DNA from: Adineta vaga
Taxonomy: Eukaryota > Animalia > Rotifera
Length of the DNA: 64,000 nt
Assembly: GCA_021613535.1 (NCBI GenBank)
Contig: CP075497.1
Span: 8,184,001 to 8,248,000 of the forward strand
Reading direction: 5' to 3'
A program made the translations under genes and the position numbers. The notes beneath the pieces were generated by a model. That model ran no database searches and had not been told where the DNA came from. It was given only the letters and a program-made list of their open reading frames with translations. Positions 13,194-27,935 of this stretch are shown in pieces. How positions within the stretch are numbered: the first letter of the stretch is position 1; each line of letters starts with the position of its first letter.

Positions 13194-16100
13194 GAATAAT
13201 GTTAAAATAATAGAATAGTTAAGTACATATTCTCACAGAATATGATAGAAAATAGAAATATGTATCACAGATAGATACTTGTCGAAAATAATGAGACAAA
13301 TAACAATCTAGTTTTGTTTGATAAGTTATTTCGTTTCAAACATTTTAAGCATATATAAATACATACATGCTTGTGCTTGCTTTGCTTTGCTTAAATATTA
13401 TAGCTTTAATCGAAAGAACAGTTCCGATTGGCTGTTAAATATGCGCAGTGGTTATGAGTGGTATAGATGGTGTGCTCTATTCATCTCATCATTCATCATT
13501 TGTAATATAAAATGTAAGTTAAATCTTCCGACTATCTTTCTAATAAAAAATTTGAGATAGAATAGTAAATAGAAACTTGATCAATATGATTTATACAGTA
13601 AATTAATTTTCGTTTATATTCATTATTTATCTTCTATCAACATTTGAATTTCGACCTAAGATACGAGTAGTACAAGATATGTTCTTCAACAGATAGTTAC
13701 GAGTAATTAATTTAGTTCGAAGCATATAATTCAGCTCTTTAGCTTTTACTTGAGATACTTAAAGATTGATGTTTATCAATAATTATATTAGAAAAAATAA
13801 GAGAAAAGAAGATTTTTTTGACAATCTCATACCACTATCTAGCTGCAATATCCAGGAATTCTGTCTAGGCATATTAGCATACAATTTTCTTTTGATTTCA
13901 TATCAAATAAAAGCAGAACGATGTTTCTTGCTTCTAACACTCTATCTCTCAACAACATACATGACCGCGTGAAGTTTTAATGTGTTAATATTAAATCTTT
14001 TGTTCACCACTGACATGTACTGGTGAAAAGTGCATTCTCATTGTCGCTATGAACTAATTATGTCATCTTTCAATGTTCTCATCTATGAATGAAGTATTAC
14101 TTCTATCCTTGTGATTTTTTAATTAGATGATATGTTTTTTTTCTAGTGCAACGTGAGATAGTCTATTCCGAAATTGGTCGTTTTGAGGAGTACATTGTAA
14201 TGAAGTTAATTCCATGTAGAAGAATAAAATTGTCTCAATCTGAAACAATATACATTGACAAGAAATTACAAGACAGGAATGGCCACATATTGATAGACGG
14301 AAATAATAAGAATGTAGGTGTGAATTAAAAAACAAAATCGGAATATACTATCATATAAAAAGAAAGGTAAAAGTAGACAGATATGAAATAGCTACATAAG
14401 ATATTGTAATATATTCATAGATACTTCGTTTACTTTCTCTAACAGCAATCTCTAGACTAAGTAGTCATTTGTTTTAATATTTTTAGTTGATTATTTTCCA
14501 GCTCATCAATCATGTCAAAATTAATTCGCATTCATTTACTGGTATATTGAATAGAATTGAATATAGTTCAGGAATTTTTCTTTCGACATCTTGTTCAATT
14601 AATTAGAAAAGTCTTTTCTGACACTTTTAAACAATATTCTTCTCGAATAAAATTGTAAGCGTTAAATCATACGAGGTTTATGTGAGACGTACAAAAGGGC
14701 AAATATTTGTTCCGAGTAAGTTTTATAGAAGAAAAAAAAGGTTTCTGTTTGTTTGAGTGCTGAATTTATAATAGCATTGAATATTGCAGTGACAATTCGA
14801 AAGAGAGTTGACAACTACACAATCATTTAAGATAAGAATAGAAAATTTTTACTCAAAATATTCAATATGGTAAGTGTACTCTGTGATTAATCATCTGCAT
14901 TCTATCAGTTTGTTGAATATTTTGATCATGTGGAAATTGCTTTTTTGTTCTTAATCGAAGAAAAGATTAGAAATTTTCTATGAGATTTATTCCATCTAGG
15001 TTAGCGAAGATTTAATCATTCTGAATATTCATCACAGAGAAAAAATATTTTACACTTTTCTGTTTTTATTTCAGCCTAGATTTCTTATTAATAGAACTAG
15101 TTCATTCTTAGTGCATTAATATCGTTACTAAAGCGCAGTACGTTAAGAAAATAATAATGTACGTCAAATCACTGTAGACATATGCTTTACGAATTCTATT
15201 TGTTCTTGGAAGAACCATCCATTAGAAAAAGTACTCTTATTTGTGCTATTTTTGCACGAACATAAGTCAACAAGAATAGAACTCATGTTGTTAGTATTTA
15301 TGCATGAAAGATGTTCATCATATCGTTCTATTTTTATTTGAATTGATAGATATATAACGTGATGAAGTAGCATTGAGATGAATAAGTATCACAAAATGCG
15401 CTCTTCATTCTAAGTATATAATACAGTGTTTCTTTTTGATAATTAAAATATGGTAAATAAGAAGTAAGAAAATTTAATTGATGATCCTCTTAATAACTAT
15501 GTTTATTTCCATAAGTCGTTTGATGAAGAGATAATATACAGTGCACACAATAAGTTACATAAATGAAAAGTTCAAAAGTAGTTGTGTATATAGTATGTTT
15601 TTTTATTATTATTTTGAAGTTTATACTCAAATCACCTTGAGCATGCATTGCATGCAGTTAATATGGTATCATGAAGGAATAGTTCCTTGTTAAGTCATTA
15701 GCGTATATCAGAATTACATAACGACTAGATGAAGTTTATAGAAAAAGCACGTGAATAATTGCGAATATATTTGAACTTAGAATGCAAGTAGAAAGAATTT
15801 AAGTGATTTATATCTCTTTTGGAATTAATGTAACATAGGTCTTAGAGTTTACGGAGTGAAAAACATTCATGGTATATTTAACGGATAATCAAACAAGTTA
15901 CTGAGTTCAGAAATAGGAGAAGATTTTGATGTAGTTCTATTATTCAGACGGATCATCTCGTTTTCAATGTCAAGAAGTTTCTAGAAATCTTTTAAAGAAT
16001 ATTTTGTTATTAACAACAAATAAATTATAATCAAATAATTGATGTGACAAAGTTTATCGTTATTTTGTAAAAATTTATAGAAACCAGAGCTCAATATGTT

Positions 16101-18420
16101 CATTCTCACTTATTCGAACGAAAGAAGATTTAAAATGTTTTGATAAGAAAAAAAATAACACAGACATAGAACTGAATAATATTATTATCTCGTATCGAGA
16201 TAAAAAAAGATTATAATTATAAAAAAAGCATTGTTCGATTAAGGACATTGAATAGTTTTCTGAGTACTTCAGGAAACTGAAAGTACAACGTCAAGGAACT
16301 CTTATATTCGAGTCAATTAGGTCTATTTAAATCAATAATAGGCGGTAAATGCTTTGGTCCTTTCGTTTATTATGCTATTCAAACTTTGTAATTGTCAAGA
16401 GATAAGCAAATTTCTTCTACTAGTCATCAAGGCAAATGAGAATATGAGTTTGTTGGTTATTTCAACTAGGGATTTTCATAATCAGAAGAAGAACTTTTAT
16501 ATATGACAAATAGATAGCTTCAATCTGAATCTTATGAGATATAGACATGGTATCGATTCCATTGTTTCTCTCAAGCCTTCATGGGAATTACCGACCTCTA
16601 AAATTATATTTAAATTATAGTAAAGATATCTGCTTCTAACATAACAAAGTTCATGTGAACATGTAGTAAAAAAAACATTTTTTTCTAATTCAACATTTCT
16701 ACATTGAATGACATAGGGTAAAATCATGACCAGATATATGCGTAGTATATACATCATGTTCATTGTTGAAGAGTTACTTGAAAACAGAGGAAGTAGTATA
16801 TAATTGAACGCTTTTTTTTCTTCTATAAAACAAATTTTGTTATGAATAAAATATAAATAAGATAACAAGTTATTTTTATCTGATATTTCACAGAATTGAT
16901 TCAAATGAAATGATTACAAAGAATGGTTTGTATCTAAGAATAGAAGAGAAAAATTTTTGCCAGATTTATGCTCTGCCTTTTTTCTTATATTAGTAATTCA
17001 TTCAAGAATATTTAACTGAATTTTTATCATAATTTTTCTATCGTTTTTCTTCATCACATTAAGTTTTGATAGATAAAATCTTATTAATAGATTAGATGAA
17101 GAAAGAGACTTTGGGAAAGATTGTTTTAATGAGGAAAATCTTATATAAACTCATAATTAATAGTTTTTGCTCGAAAACCTCTTTTTATTATACTCTGAAA
17201 CGATTATTCTTCCTCAGTTACTATATTCAAACCTTTAAACATTGTTTTTAATTTTAGAAGCTCATTTCTAAAATATTTTTCTTTCATTTAATTTCGTACT
17301 TTTGACCATTTCATTCACAAGATCAACTCTTTTCTGTTACAACATCAGTCTATTTTGTTTCTAGTAGTATGAAATAGAGAGCAAATATGTTTTAAAAACA
17401 TATAATTGAGATTAAAAATAGAAGAGGATGTTAAAAAAACTATCAAATACGTCGAAATTTCATCGCCGAGTTATCTTTATAATTACTTACTAAATCATAA
17501 GATACGTATTAGAATAACAATCAATCTAAGAGTATTTTCTTTGATAAGAAAACCATGTACTCCTTTTTTCTCGTGCTGAGTTGTAATCTTATTCCAATTA
17601 AATCGTGTTCTTATTTTTCCTTTAAGTTCAGTAGAGATTCTACATGAGAATTCTAAGAGGAAAAGAACGTGATGTTTCATTTCTTACAGCAAATCTTGCT
17701 GATTATCTGCTCTTTTAACTTGATAATATTTTCATGGTAAAACTTTCTTCGTGAAAAACTTCTCTAAACGACATAGATTTTTATAATTAACTCATGTGAC
17801 TAAATATTCTACGTCATCAGTAGAAAAAACGGAATATAAATATGCTGCATTTTTGATAGAAGGATTATTAAAATAAGAAGTTATTATTTTATATTAAAAA
17901 GAGCGACGTAAGGTTTTTTTTCTTTTACACTAATTTTTATGAGAAAAATATAAGTTGGTAATATTAGATTAGAATATCGATAACATGAAGATTTGTTTGT
18001 TCGAAAAAATAAATCAAGAGTGAAACTATCGTCAGTCTGTTTATATAACCTATGTAACCATATCGTGTTACTAATTATTATCATTATTTTCTCTGAAAAA
18101 TGTTAATTAGTGCTTATTTTTAACTGAAAATATGGTTCAATACTACTAATAATGAAAGCAATTGAATAGATTTCTTTGTCAGTTGTACTACTAAGAGGAA
18201 ATGTAGGCAGAAATGCGAGAGACGATTCGGTGTTCATGATAAAAATTACTGCTTTTTGTTAGAGATAAAGTAAATTTGAATACGCAATATGATATTTCCT
18301 GATGCACTTATTGATTAGTATAAGTCGGAATGGAAACTTCAAATGAATCTTCTGATTAAGAATGCTAGACAAGAAAAAGGAAAAAAACTTTGATTTTATC
18401 ATTCTAGATTTTCTCGATCC

Positions 18421-19575
18421 ATGGAAAATTCTTCATTAAATATTTCGATCAATTCATCATCAGAATATTCCTCGAATACATTGGAATTTTTCTTTAAATA
18501 CATTTATCTCCTATTACTTGTCATTATTGGTGGAATTGGAAATGTTTTTGTCATTGTTATTTTCGGTCAACGAGCAGTTCGAACGACTGTTCAATATGTT
18601 GGATCAAGTATGTCTGTTTATCCATTTCTATTCTATATGGCTATATCAGATACAATCTATTTAATTATTATCTTTTGTTTATGGTTATCCAATTATATCA
18701 ATGTTTTATATCGACCAGGTATTTGTCAAGTTACATTATATTTAACATACGTATGTAATTTTATTAATGCTTATTATACAATTGCATTTACAACTCAACG
18801 TTTATTTGCTGTTATTAATCCATTTCGAGTATCACATTTTCTTTCGTGGTATCGATCACGATGTTTAGCATTATCAATAATCACTTTTGCTTGCGTATTC
18901 TATTCGTATTTATTGATTACAATTCATATGGATAACAAAACATGTTTTTCTCGTCCACATTGGCATTTATTTAATAAATATATGGATGTTATTGATAGTA
19001 TTATTGTTTTTCTTATTCCATATATAATTATAATTACAATGAATGCTATCATTGTTATCTCATTACGTCGTATGAAACAAAATCGACATGAATTTCTCTT
19101 TGAAAATCATTCTCGATTGAATAAAATTCGTGAAATGACTCGACGAAATGCATCACGAAAAATGACGAAATTACTTTTAACTGTTTCAACATCTTATCTA
19201 ATTATATGTGCACCATATGCATGTATTCATACATGGCGTTTATTATTTGTTAGTGAAGAAAAATATGAAAATTCACCTTTGATTAAATATTTCGAACATT
19301 ATTCACATTTAATCTATCATTTATCTTTTGCAATGAATTTTTATATTTATATTGTTTTTGGATCAAAATTTCGTCGTGAATTAAAACGATTTTGTAGCAG
19401 ATCAAAACAAAGTCTCTATCACTGTTTTCATGAACAACACGTGTTTGACAATGATAATCATATTGAAGTTGAATTATCGGAAAAAAATTCAACTGTAACT
19501 GTTGAATATACATTACATACCAATTTAAAACAACATTCAATGAGACCTTTTTTTTGTTGTCATTCTCAAGTGTAA
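18421..19575 (+). CDS. Class A (rhodopsin-like) GPCR, peptide-receptor-like, intronless
   Basis: 384-aa ORF with 7 hydrophobic segments, GN in TM1, MAISD in TM2, TQRL in place of DRY, ICAPY in TM6, NFYIY..GSKFRREL in TM7/helix 8. Confidence 0.9.
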   Translation: MENSSLNISINSSSEYSSNTLEFFFKYIYLLLLVIIGGIGNVFVIVIFGQRAVRTTVQYVGSSMSVYPFLFYMAISDTIYLIIIFCLWLSNYINVLYRPGICQVTLYLTYVCNFINAYYTIAFTTQRLFAVINPFRVSHFLSWYRSRCLALSIITFACVFYSYLLITIHMDNKTCFSRPHWHLFNKYMDVIDSIIVFLIPYIIIITMNAIIVISLRRMKQNRHEFLFENHSRLNKIREMTRRNASRKMTKLLLTVSTSYLIICAPYACIHTWRLLFVSEEKYENSPLIKYFEHYSHLIYHLSFAMNFYIYIVFGSKFRRELKRFCSRSKQSLYHCFHEQHVFDNDNHIEVELSEKNSTVTVEYTLHTNLKQHSMRPFFCCHSQV

Positions 19576-19809
19576 ATTGTATTTTGAGAGAATATATACA
19601 GGAATAAATTATATTCATAAGAAGAGTGGTTATCTTTTTATTTTATGTATCTTCAAACGAAGAACTCTTATCATTCAGTATTTATTTTACTTCATTTTGG
19701 AAGTTATGCAGACAATGTCTTTAGATTTCGCTTTTTTTTCTCGTTGATATTGTATCTTAAATGATATTTGTTTTTTCTTTATGTAACTATAGAAAAAAGA
19801 AGCTAAACA

Positions 19810-21505
19810 ATGTCGGATGCAACTGCAACAACAAATGGTTCGATTTTCTAGGAATTTATTGAAAGATTTTGAGATTTTCATTTTTTTCTTAGGAGTTAAA
19901 GTGAATAAATTTGACGGCGATGGTGTGCCATTTAAAGCCAAACTTATTGGTATGCTGGAGAATAGATGAAAATGTGCAGAAAAAACTAAATTTTGTTTTT
20001 TTTCTCTCTGTTACATAATAAAGGAATGGAAGATTTATCAATCGATCGTGACGAAAAAGTATGTCTTGATTCAATGATCAAATTGAAAGCAATGGTTCGT
20101 GTTCGTGGAGAACATAAACAAAAACTTCAATTAAATTTAACAATGAATGGTATTAAAGTTTATGATGATACAACTAAAGTAGAAAGAAATTTTTTATTTC
20201 GTTTATTAAATTAAATTCAAATGCTTATTGTAGGTTCAAATTGCTTCTCATGAAGTGGAACGCGTATCATTCGTTGTATTAGATCCACGTGATCAACGAG
20301 CATTTGGATATGTTTATAATACTAGTGATGATCGTCATCAATTTTGGGCAATTAAAACTGAACGACAAGCAGCTCTTACTGTATTGGCAATGAAAGAACT
20401 TTTTGAAACAGCATTTGAAGAATTTACAAAATCAGAAAAAGCGAAAGCACAAGTAAATCAAACAACAGTATCAACAAACGTAACGGGCTCAACACAGGTC
20501 TCAATTAATAAAATGTTTCAGTGATTTATGAAATATTCTTGTTTTAGGTACAACAATCAGTGTTTCCTACAGTTCCTGCGCTATCGTCACCAGTAACATC
20601 TTCACCGCCAGTAGTAAGTGTGATATTTAATTGTTTTTGTTTTAAATTCGTTAAAATGTGAAGGCACCCGTTGGAGAAATACTTTGGGGAGACGAACCTG
20701 CGATACCATCTTTTCCGCCGGTACCGCCAGTACAAACGTCTCAACAGTTACCGCCGCAACAATCTGTACCTGCAGGTGATTTATGGGGTATGGATGATCC
20801 TGTTATACCTCCAACTCAACCACCAAGTGATGTAAGTTCTTTTCAAATTTCGTACTTTAGATATTTGATAACGATCTATTTTTCTTAAAGTCTCTTAGCG
20901 ATCTATTTGATTCACTTGGACCACCACCACCACCGCCAGTAACAACAACAGCAGTACCAAGAATACCAACGATACCAACCATGCCAACAGTACCATCGAT
21001 ACCAGTAACTAATCAACAAGCGCCAACTACTGCTCCGACCACTGATATATTTTCAATGTTTGCATCTCCTGCACCAACATCTAATGTTAATAATAGTATG
21101 TTTGTTCAATCACCACCGCGACCATCTACTATTGCTCAGCCGCAACAACAACAACAACAACAACTACAGCAATCAAACTTGCTGTTTTCTTCACCTACAC
21201 CTGCCTTTGTTCCTCAACAACAACAACAACCAAACCTGCTCTTTTCTACGCCTGCACCTGTCATTGTTCCTCAACAGCAGACATTACAACAACCAAACCT
21301 ACTTTTTTCGACACCTGCACCTGCCATTGTTCCTCAACAACAACAAAACTTACTCTTTTCTACACCCTTACCTACACCTACCCTCCTCAACCAACAACAA
21401 CCATCACAACCAAATTTGTTGATGTCTACACCTGCACCTGCTGTTATTCCGCCAACAGCTACCAAACCAGTTGATGAATTCGATTTACTTGGCGCTTTTT
21501 CATAA
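19810..21505 (+). CDS. Dab: Disabled (Dab)-like PTB-domain endocytic adaptor, multi-exon
   Basis: FDGDGVPFKAKLIGMEDL..DEKVCLDSMIKLK..GEHKQKL..RAFGYVY matches the Dab PTB domain; P/Q-rich disordered C-terminus. Confidence 0.88.
21141..21445 (+). repeat. Coding tandem repeat, 5 imperfect units of (Q)n-PNLLFSTPAPAxVP in Dab tail
   Basis: Units visible in translation and DNA (caacaa..aaac(c/t)t..tt(t)tc(t/g)ac(a/g)cctgcacctg). Confidence 0.85.
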
Positions 21506-22661
21506 TTATCAACAAAAACTTTTTTTTTCCTCTTTTACCATCTCTTCCGATCAGTTGATCTATACGACAAAGAATCGAACTTGATTATAAAATATTTCCA
21601 GTTTACAATCATGAACTTTTTTAATATTCTATATTACAAACAACTTTTCTTTTATTGTGAATATTCACATCTGAAAAATCTATTCGTTCTATTCTTGTAC
21701 CTTCTTTTTCTTGTAGCGAATATTACATAATCATAACTTTAATACATATATATCGATATATTTCCAATTACAAATAACATATTATTTTCTACACATTTCC
21801 ATCTCTTTGTTCATAAGATTGAATATTGATATACTTGGATAGTTTGACAGATTTGTCATCTGCTCGTTTTCGACCACAAGACATCGGTTGCACCCCTACG
21901 TTTAGTGATAAGACTACTCAACAGTCTCTTAAACTATTGCTATCCATCGTATCTTGGTTATTATCTACATCAAATAAATAAACGCAAGAATATTATACAA
22001 TGAATTTGCATTATGCACATTTTTCATTCGTAACAATTCTAAAAAACACGAAACACCCGCAAATACAAGTTTTCGTTCTAATATTAACTACCAATAATAA
22101 AAGCTGAATAAATACATCAATCATTACATGCGTCCTATCACATACATTTCTTCTTAGTTTCACATACAGAACAACTGTACGCAAGAGAACAGACCAATAA
22201 ATCGTAGCTTATTTATACAGAATAACGCTTTCATATAACCTTCCCGTACTCGATGATTCATAAATATGTACAGAAGAAAAAAAATTGCAAGAAAACGCAT
22301 GAATATATACATAGACAAAATTACACAGTATAGAACGAAGAAAAAAATATTATTTTTTATACGATCGTAAGTAGTCGATATGACAATATGAATATAAAAC
22401 GAAAAAAAAAGGAAAACTGAATAAGTCACTGTATTTCTTATAGGGCAATCCACACATATTTGGAAAACAAAATGATCACCGACGAGCCTAGTTTCTTATT
22501 AGTATATGTTTTATAAAATAAAAAATATTTTTACGCATGGTTACCCTGTATTTATCATAACTATAAACGAATATACAAAAAAACATAAAGAGATGATTTG
22601 ATATTTATACAGAAAAATAGTTATTGATTTATTTTCAGATGATAAATTTCGTTTTAACAAA

Positions 22662-24923
22662 ATGAAGATTAATCAATTTATTTCTATTATCTTAATTTTA
22701 TTTTCATTACAAAATGAAATCTTAGCTCGAAGATATTTAACATATCGCCAACGAACTACAGATTTCGAGCAGGAAATTCTTGATATTCTCAATAAACGAT
22801 TTTCAACGAATTTTAATTCAATTTCGGATGTATTAAATCATAATGAACGTAAGGTTGATCCTGATGATCATGTTAATATCGAACTTTGGAATAAATTAAA
22901 TGATAAAGATATAAAAAACATGCCACAAATAGATGATTATTCCGATGAAACGGTTGCTACACGTTGGCTTAAATGGTACTCAAAGATATCAAAACGATTC
23001 TATCAAGTAAAGCATCAGATGAATAGTTTCGATTAGTGAGTTATTTTTTCTCTTATTTAGGTCAGTGCTCTTCTTGGATGGAATCATCGAACTAATTTAA
23101 CGGATGCAAATCAAGCAGCAGTATCTGCTCAAGGTTTACGATCGGCGCCATTCCATCGTTTATCATTACCAATTGCAAAGAAATTTAATGAATATATGAA
23201 AAATTCAACAGATGAAGATTTAAAACGTATTTTTGGTCGTTTAGCTCAAGGATCAACGAGCCATAATGATGCAGATGTCAAAACACGTTCAAAGTTACAT
23301 TCAGAATTAGAAACAATTTATTCAACTGCAGAAGTATGTGAAGTCAATGATCCGAAGAAATGTTATACACTTTCACCTGTATTGGAACGAATTATGCAAA
23401 CTGAAAAAGATTATGATCGTTTACTATGGGCATGGAAAGGTTGGCATGATCAATGTGGAAATAAAATTCGTCCAGTTTATTTACCTTATATCGATCTATT
23501 GAATAAAAATGCTAAAGAAAATGGACTCAATGATGTAGCTGTAAGTAAATGAAGCGAACATATTTTCTTATCATTATTCTTTTCTTTATTTGTAGCAAGA
23601 ATGGATTGCGGATTATGAAATGGGTAATGATACAGAATTCGAACATATGATTGATGAAAATTTAAAAGCTATGATGCCATTCTATGAACAATTACATGCT
23701 TATGTTCGTGGGCGTTTGTGTAAAGTCTATCCGAAACGTTTTGATTGTGATGGTCCTATTCCTGCCCATTTACTCGGTAAGTTGTCGTTTGTCATATTGA
23801 CATGTCCAACGGAAAATTATTCCTAGGTAATATGTGGGCTCAACAATGGCAAGATCGTCTCGATGATTTGATGCCCTATCCTGATTCACCATTAGTAAAC
23901 ATTACACATATGTTACATGAAAAACATTTTACAATTGATAAAATGTATAAGACAGCTGAAGAATTTTTTACTTCAATTAATCTTTATCCAATGACACCGA
24001 AATTTTGGGCACGTAGTTTGTTTAAAAAACCAACTGATCGTGAAGTTGTATGTCATCCATCAGCATCAAATTTTCAATATCATGATGATTATCGAGTAAA
24101 AATTTGTACGGTTATCAATGATGATTATTTCTATACTGCTCATCATGAAATGGGTCATGTAGAATATTATATGTCCTATGCGAAACTACCATTTGCCTAT
24201 CAAGACGGTGCTAATTCGGGTTTTCACGAAGCAATTGGTGATACAATCGGCATGTTTGCAAGTGAGTTTCTTATTCTATATTAATTCTTTCATTTATTCA
24301 AAATAATTTCATTCTTTGATATTTTAGTTTCAATACCACACTTAATAGAATTAGGTTTTGTTGATAAGGATAAGGTTAATTCACATTATGAACTTAATTC
24401 TTTAATGCGTATGGCTTTACAAAAAGTAGCTTTCTTACCTTTTGCTTATGTTATGGATAAATATCGTTTTGCATTATTTCGTAATCAAATCAATCGTGAT
24501 ACTGAATTGAATGCAAAATGGTGGGCATTACGTAAACAATATGGTGGATTGATGCCACCAGTACCTCGTAGTGATCCAGAAAATTTCGATCCTGGTGCGA
24601 AATATCATGTCACATCCAACACACCATACGCAAGGTATTTCATTGCACATATATTACAATTTCAATTTTATCGTGCATTGTGCCAATTACACGGTCATGA
24701 AGGACAATTACATATGTGTGATATCTATGGAAATAAGAAAGTTGGAGAAAGATTCAAACAAATGTTAGCACTGGGCAGTTCAAAACCATGGTCAGAAGTA
24801 TTAATAAGTTTAACTGGAGAAAATAAATTAGAACCACAAGCGATGTTGGATTACTTTGAACCTTTACATAAATGGTTAAAAATGGAGAATCTTGCTCGAG
24901 GTTATCCTGTTGGTTGGATGTGA
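22662..24923 (+). CDS. ACE: Angiotensin-converting enzyme-like peptidase (M2 family), single domain, secreted
   Basis: Signal peptide, LLWAWKGWHD, YEQLHAYVR, IPAHLLGNMWAQQW, zinc motif HHEMGH, FHEAIGD, FDPGAKYHV, ends GW with no TM anchor. Confidence 0.95.
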
Positions 24924-25205
24924 TAAAACAAAGTTCTTTCTACGTTTCTATTCGACTTTGTACATCTGTGGTATTTTTTACCAGTTAAAATAATAAATAT
25001 TCGACAGTCTATGGAAGATTTGTTTTTCTCTTGCATCACTCAATTTCAAAATTATCTATAAACTATTATCCACAGAAAAGATATAGCAAAAGATAAATAT
25101 GTTAATTTTTGTTGAAAAACTTTATTTTATTTTTTCAATTATTATTATTGAATAATTTAAAATGAAAATAATGGACGGAATAATTGAGATCGATGGGAAA
25201 AGAAG

Positions 25206-25643
25206 CTAAACTTTTGCTTTGTCTGTCAAGTGTTCTTCCAAATCATGAATCATATAATCAACCGGATCAGCAGGTCGGATCAGAACAACTTTTGCTGTCA
25301 ATGTCTACAGATAAAGAATACAATTAAAGACATGTCGATATCAAAATCGTTTAAAATATACTTTGAATAATTCATACATTCCATGTTGCATCATATATTT
25401 ATCGGCGAGAACATCTGGATTCTGATTTTGATAATTTTTATGCAACATATTATCAATTTCTTCATCTGTTGCTTCTTGTTTTTCACCATCGACATTTATT
25501 GTTATTAAACCAAGCATTTGTAAACGTCGTTGTGCTTCTGAATGTGCATTCTCGAGATCAAATTTGGATTTTTTCGTCACAACAAAACTGTCCATATCCA
25601 ACGATTGTAAATTGAACCATTCACTTTGTTGTTCATTCGCCAT
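25206..25643 (-). CDS. Small protein with C-terminal RIIa-type dimerization/docking (D/D) domain (TEX55-like), 2 exons
   Basis: Exon1 25643-25362 + exon2 25304-25206 give ...KYMMQHGMYELFKTLTAKVVLIRPADPVDYMIHDL, a D/D-domain pattern. Confidence 0.65.
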
Positions 25644-25740
25644 GATGAAAATCTGAAACGAAACAAAATCTATTCAAATCACTAATAAAAGAAAATCAAT
25701 AGATTTATTCTATTAAAAAAAGAAAAATGAGTCTTTTGAA

Positions 25741-26393
<653 letters not shown>

Positions 26394-26498
26394 TGATTAA
26401 TTAAATATATTCTACAACACAAACAAAGCAGTCAGATTACAACGTCAAGACAAACTGAGACATGTTTATTTATTTCACGAAAACAAAAAACAAAAATA

Positions 26499-27076
26499 TT
26501 AGACAGCCGATTGACGATAATTTTTTGTTTGTAAAACTTTCACACCACACATAGTGCAGATACCTAATTTGTAAGCACAACCTGTACGAAACAAAGTAGA
26601 AAGGAATAAAATCAAATGAATTCTACAGAACAAACCTTGGCAATAGGAACTTCCTGGTTGATGAATTGTTCCTTTACAAACCTTACATTTGCTAAATTTT
26701 GTTGTATACGGACTGTACCTACAATTAGATTGATTTTATATGATGAAATAAATTTCAGATTGATAACAAACAAACCGTGTTGATTTTCCACTTAATAATT
26801 TATTTTCATTTAATTTTCGACCACCACTTTCTACAAATAACTCATGTAAAAACGAAATAAAGATTTGCAATCATCTATACATACCAACTGTATTACGAGA
26901 ACCACCTGGAAAAAAAATTGTTTTTTGAAGAAAATATTTTCAATAAATAAATCTCGAACATACTTTTCCAAATATCTTGTGTTGCAACAGTGCCAACTTT
27001 CTTTTGACCTGAAATGCAATATTCTCTTTTCCTAATCTAAGCAAATTTCTAATTACTTACAATTCTCACAAACCAT
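26499..27076 (-). CDS. CRIPT: Cysteine-rich PDZ-binding protein, multi-exon
   Basis: MVCENCQKK..WKSGSRNT..GGRKLNENKLL..CKVCKGTIHQPGSSYCQ..CAYKLGICTMCGVKVLQTKNYRQSAV. Confidence 0.92.
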
Positions 27077-27144
27077 AGTAATCTATTTAAATATATTTTT
27101 CTCTTATATCTAGAACAGAAGAAACCTATATTTATATGAACAAA

Positions 27145-27802
27145 TTAATCAGCCATAGGATTCGCATGAATAGTAACACGTTGTATTCGAATATCTGTTT
27201 CTGGTCGATAAGTTTTTTCATTCACTGTTACTTTTTCTAATTCATCAAGTGTTTCAAATCCATCAATAACTTTCGCAAATACAGTATATTTCCCATCGAG
27301 ATTTGTTTGTTTACTGTAAGTAATAAAAAATTGTGAACCATTTGAATTAGCACCTCGACTTGCCATGGAAACCATTCCTCGTTGACTATGCTAAATAGAT
27401 TCACTTCATTCTTCAAAGAAATCAATAACAACGAAAATCTTACTTTTAAATGAGGATCGATTTCATCCTAAAAAAGAAAATACCGACATATTTCAATGAA
27501 AAGATTCGATCTATAAATACATTACTGGAAAATATTCGCCCCATATACATTGTCCACCTTTACCAGTTCCTGACGGATCACCAGTTTGAATCATATAACC
27601 TTTGACATTACGATGAAACAAACAATTATCATAATAATTACTTGCACATAATGCCAAGAAATTCTAAATTGAATTCTTTGTTAATAAAAAAAGGTTCTTT
27701 TTTCTTTTTCATGAAATTATTTACTTCACATGCTTTTGGACATTGTTCACAATAAAGTTCAATTTTAATGTCACCTAAATCAGTATGTAATGTAACAGAC
27801 AT
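27145..27802 (-). CDS. PPIL3: Peptidyl-prolyl isomerase-like 3 (cyclophilin)
   Basis: [65 protein letters not shown]. Confidence 0.93.
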
Positions 27803-27935
27803 CTAGAAAGAAAAAGAATCAAGGATCACGACATAATCTTATAGATTTTTTGATACAATCAACAATATATGTAGTAAATAGATATAAAAAAAAAGAAAAT
27901 ATTATACAAGAATTGCAAATGCTCTTCTTCACCAT

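Noticed and set aside
15640-15656. Short inverted repeat GCATGCA-T-TGCATGC (and a hairpin near 14003-14027)
   Set aside because: Too short and isolated; expected by chance in 64 kb
13200-18400. Hidden gene or transposon in the 5-kb AT-rich gap (short ORFs, incl. signal-peptide-like 16497-16904)
   Set aside because: No recognisable domain, no consistent exon chain, no terminal repeats or transposase/RT motifs; ORFs have AT-biased random composition
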